Positions 8,638 through 17,760 are shown, counted from the stretch's first letter. The stretch: DNA of 64,000 bases from Verrucomicrobiota bacterium (GCA_038214755.1 JBBQRQ010000002.1:1-64000); one strand, 5' to 3'. Notes: a model not told the origin generated them from the sequence alone. Translations and numbers: made by a program.

Positions 8638-10503
8638 ATGAACTTGGAATTGATACCATGGATTGTTTTGTTCCTTCCGCTTCTTTCAGCGGCGATGATT
8701 ACATTTTTCACCCAAACGAATCGCCCATTGAGCGCGGGCATTTCCATCGGCGCAATTGTCATTTCGTTTATCGCCAGCGCCGTGCTGTTTTTTAACTATC
8801 GCAACGCAGCACAAATTCCCGACGCAACTCTCTCGTGGCTTTCGGTCGGCAATCTCCAGATCGACATCGGCATCAAGCTCGATTCCCTCAGCCTCTTGAT
8901 GCTGCTCGTCGTGACCGGCGTGGGCGGCGCGATTCATATTTATTCCTGGGGCTACATGCACGAAGACCGCGACGTTTCGCGTTACTTCGCGAGCCTCAGC
9001 CTGTTCACGTTTTCCATGCTCGGCATCGTGCTCGCCAGCAACTTCGTCCAGATGTTTATTTTCTGGGAACTGGTCGGCGTCTCCAGCTACCTCCTCATCG
9101 GTTTTTGGTATGAACGCGATTCCGCTGCGGACGCCGCAAAAAAAGCGTTCATCACCAATCGTCTCGGCGACTTCGGATTTCTCCTCGGCATCATCATGGT
9201 GTGGGCGTTGGCTGGCTCTCTCGATTTCACCGCGCTGCAACAAACTTTCAAATCCAATCCGCAAATTCTCGGCGCGTCCGCCACGCTCGCGGGCTTTTTG
9301 ATTTTCTGCGGCGCGATGGGAAAATCCGCGCAATTCCCGCTGCACGTCTGGCTTCCCGACGCAATGGAAGGCCCCACTCCCGTCAGCGCATTAATCCACG
9401 CCGCGACGATGGTCGCCGCTGGTGTTTACATGCTGTGTCGCGTTTTCTTTCTCTTTAATTTGCCCGTGCTTGAAATTGTTTCCTGGATTGGTGGATTCAC
9501 CTCGTTGCTCGCCGCCGTCATCGCCGTGCAACAAAACGACATCAAACGCATTCTCGCTTATTCGACTCTGTCGCAACTCGGCTACATGGTGATGGCTGTG
9601 GGTTTGCAAGGCCCGGCTGCCGCGATGTTTCATCTGACCACGCACGCATTTTTCAAAGCGCTGTTGTTCCTCGGTGCGGGATCAGTGATTCACGCGCTCC
9701 ATCACGAGCAAGACATCTGGAAAATGGGCGCATTGAAAAAGAAAATGCCCATCACCTTCTGGACATTTTTGATCGGAACACTCGCGCTCGCGGGCGTTCC
9801 ACCATTCAGCGGATTTTACAGCAAAGACGAAATTCTCGCGGCCGCTTACCATCACAACATCGCGCTCTTCATCGTCGCCACCATCGTAGCCGCGCTCACC
9901 GCGTTTTACATGTTCCGCCTTTTCTTCGTGGCGTTTCTCGGCGCATCAAAATCCGAAGCAAGCGATCACGCGCACGAATCTCCCGCCGTCATGACGTTGC
10001 CGTTGCAATTTTTAGCGGCTCTGTCCCTCATCGGCGGATTGATCGGGATCGACACGTTCATTGGGAAATTCTTTGAACCCGAAGTTCACGCGCTTTCGTT
10101 TGGAGAACGAATCTTCGCTCCATTCGGCCATGCGCCATTGCCCGCCTTCTTCGGAATTTTTGCCGCCGTCGTCGGCTTCAGCCTCGCCTGGTCGCTCTAC
10201 GCCAAAGCGCCGCGCGATCCGTTACCGGAAAAACTTGGCGCGCTCGCGACCTTGATGCGCAACAAATTTTATTTCGACGAAATTTATCGCAGCCTCATCG
10301 CCATCACGCACGAAGCGATTGCAAAATTAGTGGACGCGATTGATCGCTGGATTATCGCTGGGTTCATCGTCCGAGGCGCGCACGGCACCACCGAACTTTT
10401 CGGTCGCGGCCTGCGACTCATGCAAACCGGCAACCTGCAAACCTACGCGTTCCTGTTCGTCGCTGGCGTGGCGGTGGTGCTGTGGTTCGTGCTTTGGAAA
10501 TGA
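8638..10503 (+). CDS. nuoL: NADH-quinone oxidoreductase subunit L
   Basis: GKSAQFPLHVWLPDAMEGPTPVSALIHAATMV, DIKRILAYST, HAFFKALLFL. Confidence 0.97.
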   Translation: MNLELIPWIVLFLPLLSAAMITFFTQTNRPLSAGISIGAIVISFIASAVLFFNYRNAAQIPDATLSWLSVGNLQIDIGIKLDSLSLLMLLVVTGVGGAIHIYSWGYMHEDRDVSRYFASLSLFTFSMLGIVLASNFVQMFIFWELVGVSSYLLIGFWYERDSAADAAKKAFITNRLGDFGFLLGIIMVWALAGSLDFTALQQTFKSNPQILGASATLAGFLIFCGAMGKSAQFPLHVWLPDAMEGPTPVSALIHAATMVAAGVYMLCRVFFLFNLPVLEIVSWIGGFTSLLAAVIAVQQNDIKRILAYSTLSQLGYMVMAVGLQGPAAAMFHLTTHAFFKALLFLGAGSVIHALHHEQDIWKMGALKKKMPITFWTFLIGTLALAGVPPFSGFYSKDEILAAAYHHNIALFIVATIVAALTAFYMFRLFFVAFLGASKSEASDHAHESPAVMTLPLQFLAALSLIGGLIGIDTFIGKFFEPEVHALSFGERIFAPFGHAPLPAFFGIFAAVVGFSLAWSLYAKAPRDPLPEKLGALATLMRNKFYFDEIYRSLIAITHEAIAKLVDAIDRWIIAGFIVRGAHGTTELFGRGLRLMQTGNLQTYAFLFVAGVAVVLWFVLWK

Positions 10504-11618
10504 AACCCAAACCCGCCAACAAAAAATCTTTGAGCAAGGCGAGTCTCGCCTCGCCGAAGATTGTGTCCGCACTGCGGACGCAATCGGTGCATAGCGCCAC
10601 ACCCAAGGTTTTGCTGACAGATGTGCGCGAATTGATCGTCACGGCTCGCGGTCAAGTCGCGCAGGTCGTTAACGCCGGTTTGACGATGCTCTATTGGCAG
10701 ATTGGCCAGCGCATTCGGCAAGATATTCTTAAAGAGCAGCGCGCGGAGTATGGAGAAAAGATTGTCGTATCCCTGTCACGACAATTGGAAAACGAGTTTG
10801 GACGAGGTTTTGCAGAAAAGAATTTGCGACGAATGGTGCAGTTCGCGGAAGTTTTCCCAGACCAAAAGATTGTCGTATCATTGATACGACAATTAAGTTG
10901 GACGCATTTTCTTCCCCTTATTCCAATTGATGATCCGCTTAAACGCGACTTCTATTCTGAGATGTGCCGCATTGAAAAATGGAATGTGCGGACATTGCGA
11001 AAGAAAATCAGCGGAATGCTTTTTGAACGCACCGCGCTCTCAAAGAAGCCCGACAAACTCATCCGTCAGGAATTGTCCGCGCTCCGCGAAGAAGACAAAC
11101 TCACGCCCGACCTCATTTTCCGCGACCCCTACGTTCTGGATTTTCTCAAACTGAAAGACACTTACGGCGAGAGCGACATCGAAGCCGCGATTCTGCGCGA
11201 GATCGAGTCGTTCATTCTGGAACTGGGCGCGGGCTTTTGCTTCGTCGAACGCCAGAAGCGGATGCAGATTGACGACCGCGACTACCATCTCGATCTCCTT
11301 TTTTATCACCGCAAACTCCGCCGATTGGTCGCGATGGAATTAAAGCTCGGGGAGTTTGATGCCGCCGACAAAGGCCAGATGGAACTCTATCTCAACTGGC
11401 TCAAGAAACACGAACAAGGCGCAGACGAACAACCGCCGCTCGGAATGATCCTATGCGCGGGCAAAAGTCAGGAACACGTCGAACTTCTGGAAATGGAGCG
11501 CAGCGGCATCCACGTCGCGAGCTATCTGACGAAGATCATTCCGAAAAAGCGATTGGAACAAAAGCTTCACGAAGCAGTTCGTCTGGCGCGGGCGCGATTG
11601 GAAGGGAGAAAACTGTGA
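10500..11618 (+). CDS. YhcG / DUF1016 family PD-(D/E)xK nuclease
   Basis: LYWQIG, FGRGF..KNLRRM.QF, LSWTH, DPYVLDFL, ELGAGFCFVERQ, DLLFYHRKL, ELK; ATGA overlap with the nuoL stop. Confidence 0.9.
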   Translation: MKPKPANKKSLSKASLASPKIVSALRTQSVHSATPKVLLTDVRELIVTARGQVAQVVNAGLTMLYWQIGQRIRQDILKEQRAEYGEKIVVSLSRQLENEFGRGFAEKNLRRMVQFAEVFPDQKIVVSLIRQLSWTHFLPLIPIDDPLKRDFYSEMCRIEKWNVRTLRKKISGMLFERTALSKKPDKLIRQELSALREEDKLTPDLIFRDPYVLDFLKLKDTYGESDIEAAILREIESFILELGAGFCFVERQKRMQIDDRDYHLDLLFYHRKLRRLVAMELKLGEFDAADKGQMELYLNWLKKHEQGADEQPPLGMILCAGKSQEHVELLEMERSGIHVASYLTKIIPKKRLEQKLHEAVRLARARLEGRKL

Positions 11619-11620
11619 CC

Positions 11621-12000
11621 GTGAAACGCATCAATTATCGAAAGATTGCGTTCGCGCAATATCTCCAGTTTGTGCGCATTGCGGATTCGGCATTCCTGAC
11701 GTCTTGGAGGTTTGTCATCTCGATTGTCAACGCAGTAACAACGATATTGGCAATCTTGTGATTCTGTGTCCCACGTGTCACAAGATGCACGACTTGGATT
11801 TAATCTCTACCGAGACCATTTGCACGATGCGTGATCGCCCAAAGGAAGTGCGGTGGGCCAAACGTATGAAGGACGCGGGCAAGAAAGCGGCGTTAAGTCG
11901 GAAAAAAAGTGCATCAACGTTTCGTCGCAAATGGCGGATTGCAGGGTTGAAAGCCGCCGCAACACGGCTACGCAATAAGAGCCAAATGACACAAACTTAA
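11621..12000 (+). pseudogene. HNH endonuclease, frameshifted near 11665
   Basis: MKRINYRKIAFAQY in one frame; CAHCGFGIPDVLEVCHLD...NNDIGNLVILCPTCHKMHD in another. Confidence 0.75.
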
Positions 12001-12006
12001 TTTTAG

Positions 12007-12138
12007 ATGTCCACTCTGAACTACATCTTCCTGCTCCCGCTTTTTGCCGCGACTGTGTTGGCCTTTGTTCCACGCAATTTCGCCATCAAAATTTCAAACC
12101 GAGATTGGTGCAGCCCGATTTCTGTATTTCATTTTTGA
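12007..12138 (+). pseudogene. Divergent nuoM 5' fragment
   Basis: MSTLNYIFLLPLFAATVLAFVPRN versus NuoM MSILTSIIACPLLAAFLVLFIPRN (12 identities in 24 aa, ungapped), then unrelated sequence. Confidence 0.7.
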
Positions 12139-12155
12139 GCCTTAAATATTTTTAT

Positions 12156-12476
12156 ATGAAAACAATTCCTCCAGAATTATTAAAAGAAGCCGTGGATCGG
12201 TTGAAAAAAGAATTTCAACCGGAAGAAATTTATCTATTCGGTTCACACGCCTGGGGCACACCGAACGACGATAGCGACGTGGATTTGATGGTGATTGTTC
12301 CTGACAGCCAGGAGACAAGTGTGCGACGAATGCAGCGCGCTCATCGGTGCTTGGGGGGGATGGGTTTCTCTAAAGACGTGCTGGTGCCGACGCGCAAGTT
12401 TGTCGATCGCTACAAGCATTTGCGCGCGTCCTTGTTTCATCAGGTTTTAACGAAGGGGCGAAAACTCTATGGATGA
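12156..12476 (+). CDS. Minimal nucleotidyltransferase (MNT) antitoxin
   Basis: IYLFGSHAWG...DSDVDLMVI. Confidence 0.9.
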   Translation: MKTIPPELLKEAVDRLKKEFQPEEIYLFGSHAWGTPNDDSDVDLMVIVPDSQETSVRRMQRAHRCLGGMGFSKDVLVPTRKFVDRYKHLRASLFHQVLTKGRKLYG

Positions 12477-12888
12477 GGCGAACATCGAAGCGGTTCGGGA
12501 TTGGTTGACCCGCGCCAATCACGACTTGCTGGCTGCAAGAACCCTCGAGTCGTTTCGCTCCCAGTTCGATACCGCGATTTATCACTGCCAGCAGGCCGGT
12601 GAAAAAGCGGTGAAGGCGTGGCTGCATTCACAGAATGAAGTTTTCGCCAAGACGCACGACGTTGAACAACTGGTGGAACAGGCGATGAAAATGAACGCCG
12701 GTTTCGCTCAGTTCAAAAACGCGGCGCAGATTCTAACCCCATACGCGGCGGCATTCCGTTATCCGGGTGGATCGGAAGAACCGATGCCCACTCGTGAACA
12801 ATTCGCGGAAGCTTTGCAACACGCGCAAAAAATTTATGACTTCGTGGTTGATCTTTTGCCGGGCGAAGCCAGACCCACCCAAAATTAA
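12469..12888 (+). CDS. HEPN domain protein (MNT-HEPN pair)
   Basis: WLTRANHDL, YHCQQAGEKAVKA, KTHDV, LTPYA..FRYPG. Confidence 0.9.
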   Translation: MDEANIEAVRDWLTRANHDLLAARTLESFRSQFDTAIYHCQQAGEKAVKAWLHSQNEVFAKTHDVEQLVEQAMKMNAGFAQFKNAAQILTPYAAAFRYPGGSEEPMPTREQFAEALQHAQKIYDFVVDLLPGEARPTQN

Positions 12889-14472
12889 ATGTCCATTCTC
12901 ACTTCCATCATCGCTTGTCCCCTGCTCGCGGCGTTCCTGGTTCTTTTCATTCCGCGCAATTACCGCTTCGTCATCCGCACCGTCTCGCTCATCGCCACCG
13001 CCGTTTCGATGGTGCTTGCGATTTACATGTTTTTTTTCAAATTCGTCATCATCGGAAATGGTCGTGAACAGTTGACCCAAAAAGTCGAATGGGTGAAGTC
13101 ACTTGGAATTAGCTATCACGTTGCGGTTGATGGCTTGAACATTGGGTTGATTCTGATGGGAACCATCGTGGCGTTCGCGGCTGTCTGCGTTTCCCGCAAT
13201 ATCAAAACTTACGAGAAAGAGTTTTATATTTTGCTGCTCGTGATGACGGGCGGAATCCTCGGCGCGTTTGCTTCGTTCGATTTGTTCTTCTTTTACTTCT
13301 TCCACGAACTCGCGCTTGTGCCGACCTTCATCATGATTGGCGTCTGGGGTCGCGGCGAAAATAAAAACTACGCCACTTTTCAAATCACGCTTTACCTCAG
13401 CATCGGTGCTTTGTTGGCGCTGGTCGGTTTGATCGCTCTTTATCTGCAACTCCCGGTCGGCAGCCGCACGTTCAACATTGTTGAACTCACAAAATATTTC
13501 AAAGCGCAGCCGATGAATCTCGCTGCGCAACAATTCATCTTTCCCCTGCTCCTGTTCGGCTTTGGAATTTTAGTTTCGCTTTGGCCGTTTCACACTTGGG
13601 CGCCGCTTGGCTACGGTTCCGCGCCCACCGCTACCGCGATGCTCCACGCTGGCGTTTTGAAAAAATTCGGCCTGTACGGTTTGATTCGCATCGCGCTTCC
13701 GCTCATGCCCGACGCCGCGCAAAGCTGGATGCACATTCTCGCCTTCCTCTGCTTGGGCAACATCGTTTACTGCGGATTCGTCGCGATGCGCCAACGCGAT
13801 TTGAATTTCCTCATCGGCAATTCCAGCGTCGCGCACATGGGCTTTTGTTTTCTCGGCATCGCCAGCCTCAGTTTGATCGGCGTCACCGGCGCAGTCGTGG
13901 TGATGATCGCGCACGGGCTTCTCGCCGCGCTCACCTTCGCGCTGAGCGGCTACATTTATCAACAAACCGGTACGCTCGACATGGACAAAATGGGCGGACT
14001 ACTGCGACAACTTCCATTCATCGGTGCGGCGCTGGTCATGGCGGCAATGGCGGGTTGTGGACTTCCCGGTTTCGCGAATTTCCCCGGCGAAGCGCTCGTG
14101 TTGTTCGGCTCATGGAAAGCATTTCCGCTCGTCACCACCCTCGCCGTTTGGGGCGCGCTCGTCATCGGCGCGATCTACATGCTGCGCGCCGTAAGAAATA
14201 TTTTGCACGGACCACTTGTTGAAACTCCGAATCAACCTCGCGACGCCGTTTCTCTCTGGCGAAAATTTCCTTACGCGCTGCTCCTCGCCAGCTTGCTCCT
14301 GTTCGGCTTTGTCCCGTCGCTGTTGACCGACAAAATTAAACCGACTGCGCAAGCCATTGTGGAAGCGATCAATGTGCTGCCGAGTTCCACTCGGCAAAAA
14401 GTTGCGGTGGATAGAGACGCACCAACTGCCGAGAGAATCTCGGCAGCACGTTTGAAAGCTGCGGTGAAATAA
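12889..14472 (+). CDS. nuoM: NADH-quinone oxidoreductase subunit M
   Basis: FFHELALVP, PFHTWAP..YGSAPT, GVLKKFGLYG, SSVAHMG, GLPGFANF.GE; C-terminus extended by a REP doublet. Confidence 0.96.
   Translation: MSILTSIIACPLLAAFLVLFIPRNYRFVIRTVSLIATAVSMVLAIYMFFFKFVIIGNGREQLTQKVEWVKSLGISYHVAVDGLNIGLILMGTIVAFAAVCVSRNIKTYEKEFYILLLVMTGGILGAFASFDLFFFYFFHELALVPTFIMIGVWGRGENKNYATFQITLYLSIGALLALVGLIALYLQLPVGSRTFNIVELTKYFKAQPMNLAAQQFIFPLLLFGFGILVSLWPFHTWAPLGYGSAPTATAMLHAGVLKKFGLYGLIRIALPLMPDAAQSWMHILAFLCLGNIVYCGFVAMRQRDLNFLIGNSSVAHMGFCFLGIASLSLIGVTGAVVVMIAHGLLAALTFALSGYIYQQTGTLDMDKMGGLLRQLPFIGAALVMAAMAGCGLPGFANFPGEALVLFGSWKAFPLVTTLAVWGALVIGAIYMLRAVRNILHGPLVETPNQPRDAVSLWRKFPYALLLASLLLFGFVPSLLTDKIKPTAQAIVEAINVLPSSTRQKVAVDRDAPTAERISAARLKAAVK
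14371..14453. repeat. REP doublet (REPIN-like) inside the nuoM 3' end
   Basis: aatgtgctgccgagttccactcggca ... ctgccgagagaatctcggcagcacgttt; inverted, each arm a hairpin. Confidence 0.75.
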
Positions 14473-14474
14473 AA

Positions 14475-15962
14475 ATGAATCTCATCACCCTCGAAATCGC
14501 CGTCGTCATTCTGGCCATTGCCGTTTTGCTCGGCGACCTCTGGACGCCGACCGCGCAAAAGCGGAATCTCGGTTGCGCAGCGGCAGGCGGTCTTATCCTC
14601 ATTTTCATTTACAGTTTTTTCGCCCCCCCTCCATTCGATTTGGCGTTCAACAAAATGTTGGTCGTCGATCCACTGGCCCTTTTCTTCAAACGCTTTTTCC
14701 TCGTCGCGGGCATCATTGTTATCTTCATCGCCATCCAATTTGCTGAACGCATTGAAACCGGCATCGCAGAGTTTTATTCACTCATCCTGTTCGCGCTCAC
14801 CGGGATGATGTTCGCCGCGTCAGCCAACGACTTCGTGCTCGTCTTCGTTTCGCTGGAACTGATTTCCGTCACGTTTTACGTGCTGAATAGTTTCCAGCGC
14901 AATCGCCTCATCTCGTTGGAGGCGGGAATAAAATATCTGATTCTCAGCGCGCTCTCCGCAGCGTTTCTCGTTTTCGGCATCGCGTTTATTTTCGGCACGA
15001 CGACGTTCACCAATTTCTTCGAGATACGAAGCCTTCTCGCCCGCAGTCCCGAATTCATCACGCAACCCGCTTTTCTCCTCGGCATTTTGTTTGTGATGGT
15101 CGGACTCGGATTTAAAATTGCCGCGTTCCCGTTTCAGATTTGGGCACCGGACGTTTATCAAGGTTCGCCTGCGCCTGCGACCGCGTTCCTCGCCGTCGGT
15201 TCCAAAGCCGCAGGAATTGTTCTGCTGCTCCGCGTTCTCTTTACCGCCGTGCCGCAGGTCGCCTTGCACTGGGATAAATTGCTCATCGCGATTTCCGCCA
15301 TCACAATTCTCTACGGAAACCTCTGCGCGATTCCGCAGCGCAATCTCAAACGCCTCCTCGGTTATTCCAGCATCGCCAACGCAGGTTACCTTTTGCTCGG
15401 CTTCGCTGCGCTGAACCAATCCGGCTTCTCCGCCATTCTCTATTATTTGTGCGGCTACCTGTTTACCGTGCTCGCCGCGTTCATGGTCATCACTCTCGTC
15501 ACCCGCGGACGCGACACCGACGACATCTCCGTGCTGGCCGGATTGAACCAACGCTCTCCCCTGCTCGCCGCGTGCATGACGTTGGCGATGGTTTCGCTCG
15601 CGGGCATACCGCCACTGGCCGGATTCTTCGGGAAATTTCTGTTGTTAAAAGCGGTCGTTGAACAAGGCGCAAACAACTCCGCCTACTACTGGCTGGTCGG
15701 CATCGCCATCCTCGGCGTGGTCATATCGCTCTACTATTATTTCGGAGTCATCCGCGCGATCTATTGGTCCAAAGACCCGGCCGATCTCTCGCCCGTCATC
15801 GTTTCCTTATCCGCCAAAGCCGTGCTCATCGTCTGCGCCGTCGGGATGCTCTACCTTGGCCTGTTCCCCAACCGCGCCGTGCAACAAACCCAACTCGCCG
15901 TGCAAGTTCTCAGAATCAATCTGCCGGTCGCCGAAATCCAAAAAGAAGCGCGCCATCCGTGA
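14475..15962 (+). CDS. nuoN: NADH-quinone oxidoreductase subunit N
   Basis: EAGIKYLI, FKIAAFPFQIWAPDVYQGSP, KRLLGYSSIANAGY, SLAGIPPLAGFFGK. Confidence 0.97.
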   Translation: MNLITLEIAVVILAIAVLLGDLWTPTAQKRNLGCAAAGGLILIFIYSFFAPPPFDLAFNKMLVVDPLALFFKRFFLVAGIIVIFIAIQFAERIETGIAEFYSLILFALTGMMFAASANDFVLVFVSLELISVTFYVLNSFQRNRLISLEAGIKYLILSALSAAFLVFGIAFIFGTTTFTNFFEIRSLLARSPEFITQPAFLLGILFVMVGLGFKIAAFPFQIWAPDVYQGSPAPATAFLAVGSKAAGIVLLLRVLFTAVPQVALHWDKLLIAISAITILYGNLCAIPQRNLKRLLGYSSIANAGYLLLGFAALNQSGFSAILYYLCGYLFTVLAAFMVITLVTRGRDTDDISVLAGLNQRSPLLAACMTLAMVSLAGIPPLAGFFGKFLLLKAVVEQGANNSAYYWLVGIAILGVVISLYYYFGVIRAIYWSKDPADLSPVIVSLSAKAVLIVCAVGMLYLGLFPNRAVQQTQLAVQVLRINLPVAEIQKEARHP

Positions 15963-16073
15963 GGGCGTTCGGTCAAAAAAATCTAAAGTGGAACCTTTCA
16001 CGACCGGAAACGTGACGTGATCGACGACGCTGAAATGGCCGAAGCGTTTGGTCAAGTTTTTGCAATGGATCAT
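15963..16073 (-). pseudogene. ABC transporter ATP-binding protein N-terminal relic
   Basis: MIHCKNLTKRFGHFSVVDHVTF..VKGS then a degraded, frameshifted FGFLGPNG-like segment (FRFF*PNA). Confidence 0.6.
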
Positions 16074-16101
16074 GAGGGTCGGGCATAAAGTGATCCACGA
16101 T

Positions 16102-16455
16102 TTAGTCTCCGACGCCGAGCTTTTCCTTGAGGTAGTCTTTTAAGAGACTTTCCAAAATCGAAATCGTCACCCCGCCTCCCTGCTTTTGAACCTTCGCAAG
16201 AACCTTCTTCCATCCCTTTTCATCTCGAGCTGCATCGAGAAACTCGTGTCCAGCCCAAGTGAGTCTCTGCATGATTGCTGTCTTCAACTCACCGTGGGCG
16301 TCAGAAATGGCCTCCCCTTTGATCAAGCTTGCCTCAATCAGTAAAGCCGCGTGATAGACTTGTTGCATTTCAGAATACTTGCTGAGATCCGGCTTTGGAG
16401 GTTCTTCTTCAACCTCTAGGAGAAGAAGCCGGATCAGGTTCATGTCACGTTTCAT
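16102..16455 (-). CDS. DUF2513 family winged-helix protein
   Basis: MKRDMNLIRLLLLEVE...YHAALL.EA.LI...RLTWAGHEFLDAARD. Confidence 0.85.
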   Translation of the reverse strand: MKRDMNLIRLLLLEVEEEPPKPDLSKYSEMQQVYHAALLIEASLIKGEAISDAHGELKTAIMQRLTWAGHEFLDAARDEKGWKKVLAKVQKQGGGVTISILESLLKDYLKEKLGVGD

Positions 16456-16504
16456 ATTTCAACTGGATGCTTGTTACTCGCTCTGCTCTCACTTCCTTTT
16501 GAAA

Positions 16505-17014
16505 TCAGGAAGCATTGCTTCCACTAATCTCAATTTCGTCGATTAGTTCAGACGCCTCACCATGCGTAATTGATGGTTCGAACTCCGCTTCGAGCGCTTT
16601 AAGATGTCCAATTTGCTCGGCACTTGCCGGCTGATTTTGCCAGTCCCTCTCGAGATCGGGATAAAGCCTTGAACACTCGGTTAAGGCGTCGCTGGCTTGA
16701 CCCTTGGTAATACCCTCATCCCATGAGCAACCAAAGTGGCACAGCTTCGCCTTCTGCTTTTCGGTCGCTGGCTGATCCCGCCAGTTAAGATTATAATCCG
16801 TAGCTTCTTCCGGGGCGGCCTCGGCGGGTTGTGAATCGAGTTGGGCTTGAGGATCATGTCCCAGATACTTCCAGATCGGCAGCCACAACCCGTGCCCCTC
16901 GACGCAGCAGAGCGTTTCCCCGGAAATTTGTCCGCTTTTCAGCAAAGCGTCTACTTGGCTTGGCTCGTAGGGACCAAACACCTGATCCTGAATTTTCAAA
17001 TGGATTTGAGTCAT
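16505..17014 (-). CDS. GYF-like (DUF4339) domain protein with two PA(T/S)xxQ...IT(K/H)GxAS repeats
   Basis: FGPYEPSQVDALLKSGQIS.ETL...EG...WLP; WRDQPATEKQ / WQNQPASAEQ repeats. Confidence 0.65.
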   Translation of the reverse strand: MTQIHLKIQDQVFGPYEPSQVDALLKSGQISGETLCCVEGHGLWLPIWKYLGHDPQAQLDSQPAEAAPEEATDYNLNWRDQPATEKQKAKLCHFGCSWDEGITKGQASDALTECSRLYPDLERDWQNQPASAEQIGHLKALEAEFEPSITHGEASELIDEIEISGSNAS

Positions 17015-17188
17015 AAAGTGTGATTTGTCTGAATGCGCGTGTTCATTTTGGCGAAAGGTCAAACTTCACTTTCACCAGTTTCAATTCGTTGACTCGGCCT
17101 TGTCCACTGCAACGCGAAACTAGCAGGCGTATCATCTCTACGGCGAGAAAACATTGCGCATCCACTTCCCACATTTTAACTTTGCCGC

Positions 17189-17440
17189 ATGAACATTTCT
17201 CTCACCAAAGACCTCGAAAAGCTGATTGAGAAAAAAGTCAAAAGCGGTCTTTATCAAAATCCAGGCGACGTCGTCCGCGATGCCTTGCGCCATTTGGAAG
17301 AAAATTCTGAACCGGACTGGTTGGAACAAAAGATTCAAGAGGGATTAAAGGGACCTTTCACGCCAATGACAAAAAAAGATTGGCAAAACATCCGCCAACG
17401 TGGGATGGCCAGATTGAAACTCCTGCAGAAAAAGAAATGA
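17189..17440 (+). CDS. ParD-like antitoxin (CC2985 family)
   Basis: MNISLT.DLEKLIEKKVKSGLYQNPGDVVRDALR. Confidence 0.88.
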   Translation: MNISLTKDLEKLIEKKVKSGLYQNPGDVVRDALRHLEENSEPDWLEQKIQEGLKGPFTPMTKKDWQNIRQRGMARLKLLQKKK

Positions 17441-17742
17441 TGCCGTTGGATAAATCGCGGCGTGCAGAGGAAGACCTCTCCGATATTTTCGCGTGGATTG
17501 CTCAGGACAACATTGAAATGGCGGAACAGTTTTTGGAAACAGCCGAAAGCACTTTTCAATTTATTGTCCGCAATCCCGGAATTGGCCGCGAACGGTTTAA
17601 TTACAGCGGGCTGCGTTCATGGAGAGTTCCAAACTTTGAAAATTATTTGGTTTTTTATCGCGTGCAAAATGAAGTTTTGCAAATTGTTCGCGTCCTTCAC
17701 GGCGCGCGGGATTTGGAAAAGGAATTTAACTCAAATCCTTAA
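17437..17742 (+). CDS. RelE/ParE family toxin
   Basis: AEEDLSDI..WIAQDN..AEQF...NPGIG...LRSW.V..F.NYLVFY...IVRVLHGARD. Confidence 0.9.
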   Translation: MMPLDKSRRAEEDLSDIFAWIAQDNIEMAEQFLETAESTFQFIVRNPGIGRERFNYSGLRSWRVPNFENYLVFYRVQNEVLQIVRVLHGARDLEKEFNSNP

Positions 17743-17760
17743 CCTCTATTCATTGGCAAA

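Noticed and set aside
1172..12888. Classical integron with attC sites
   Set aside because: No tyrosine integrase, and no recurring RYYYAAC...GTTRRRY hairpin between cassettes
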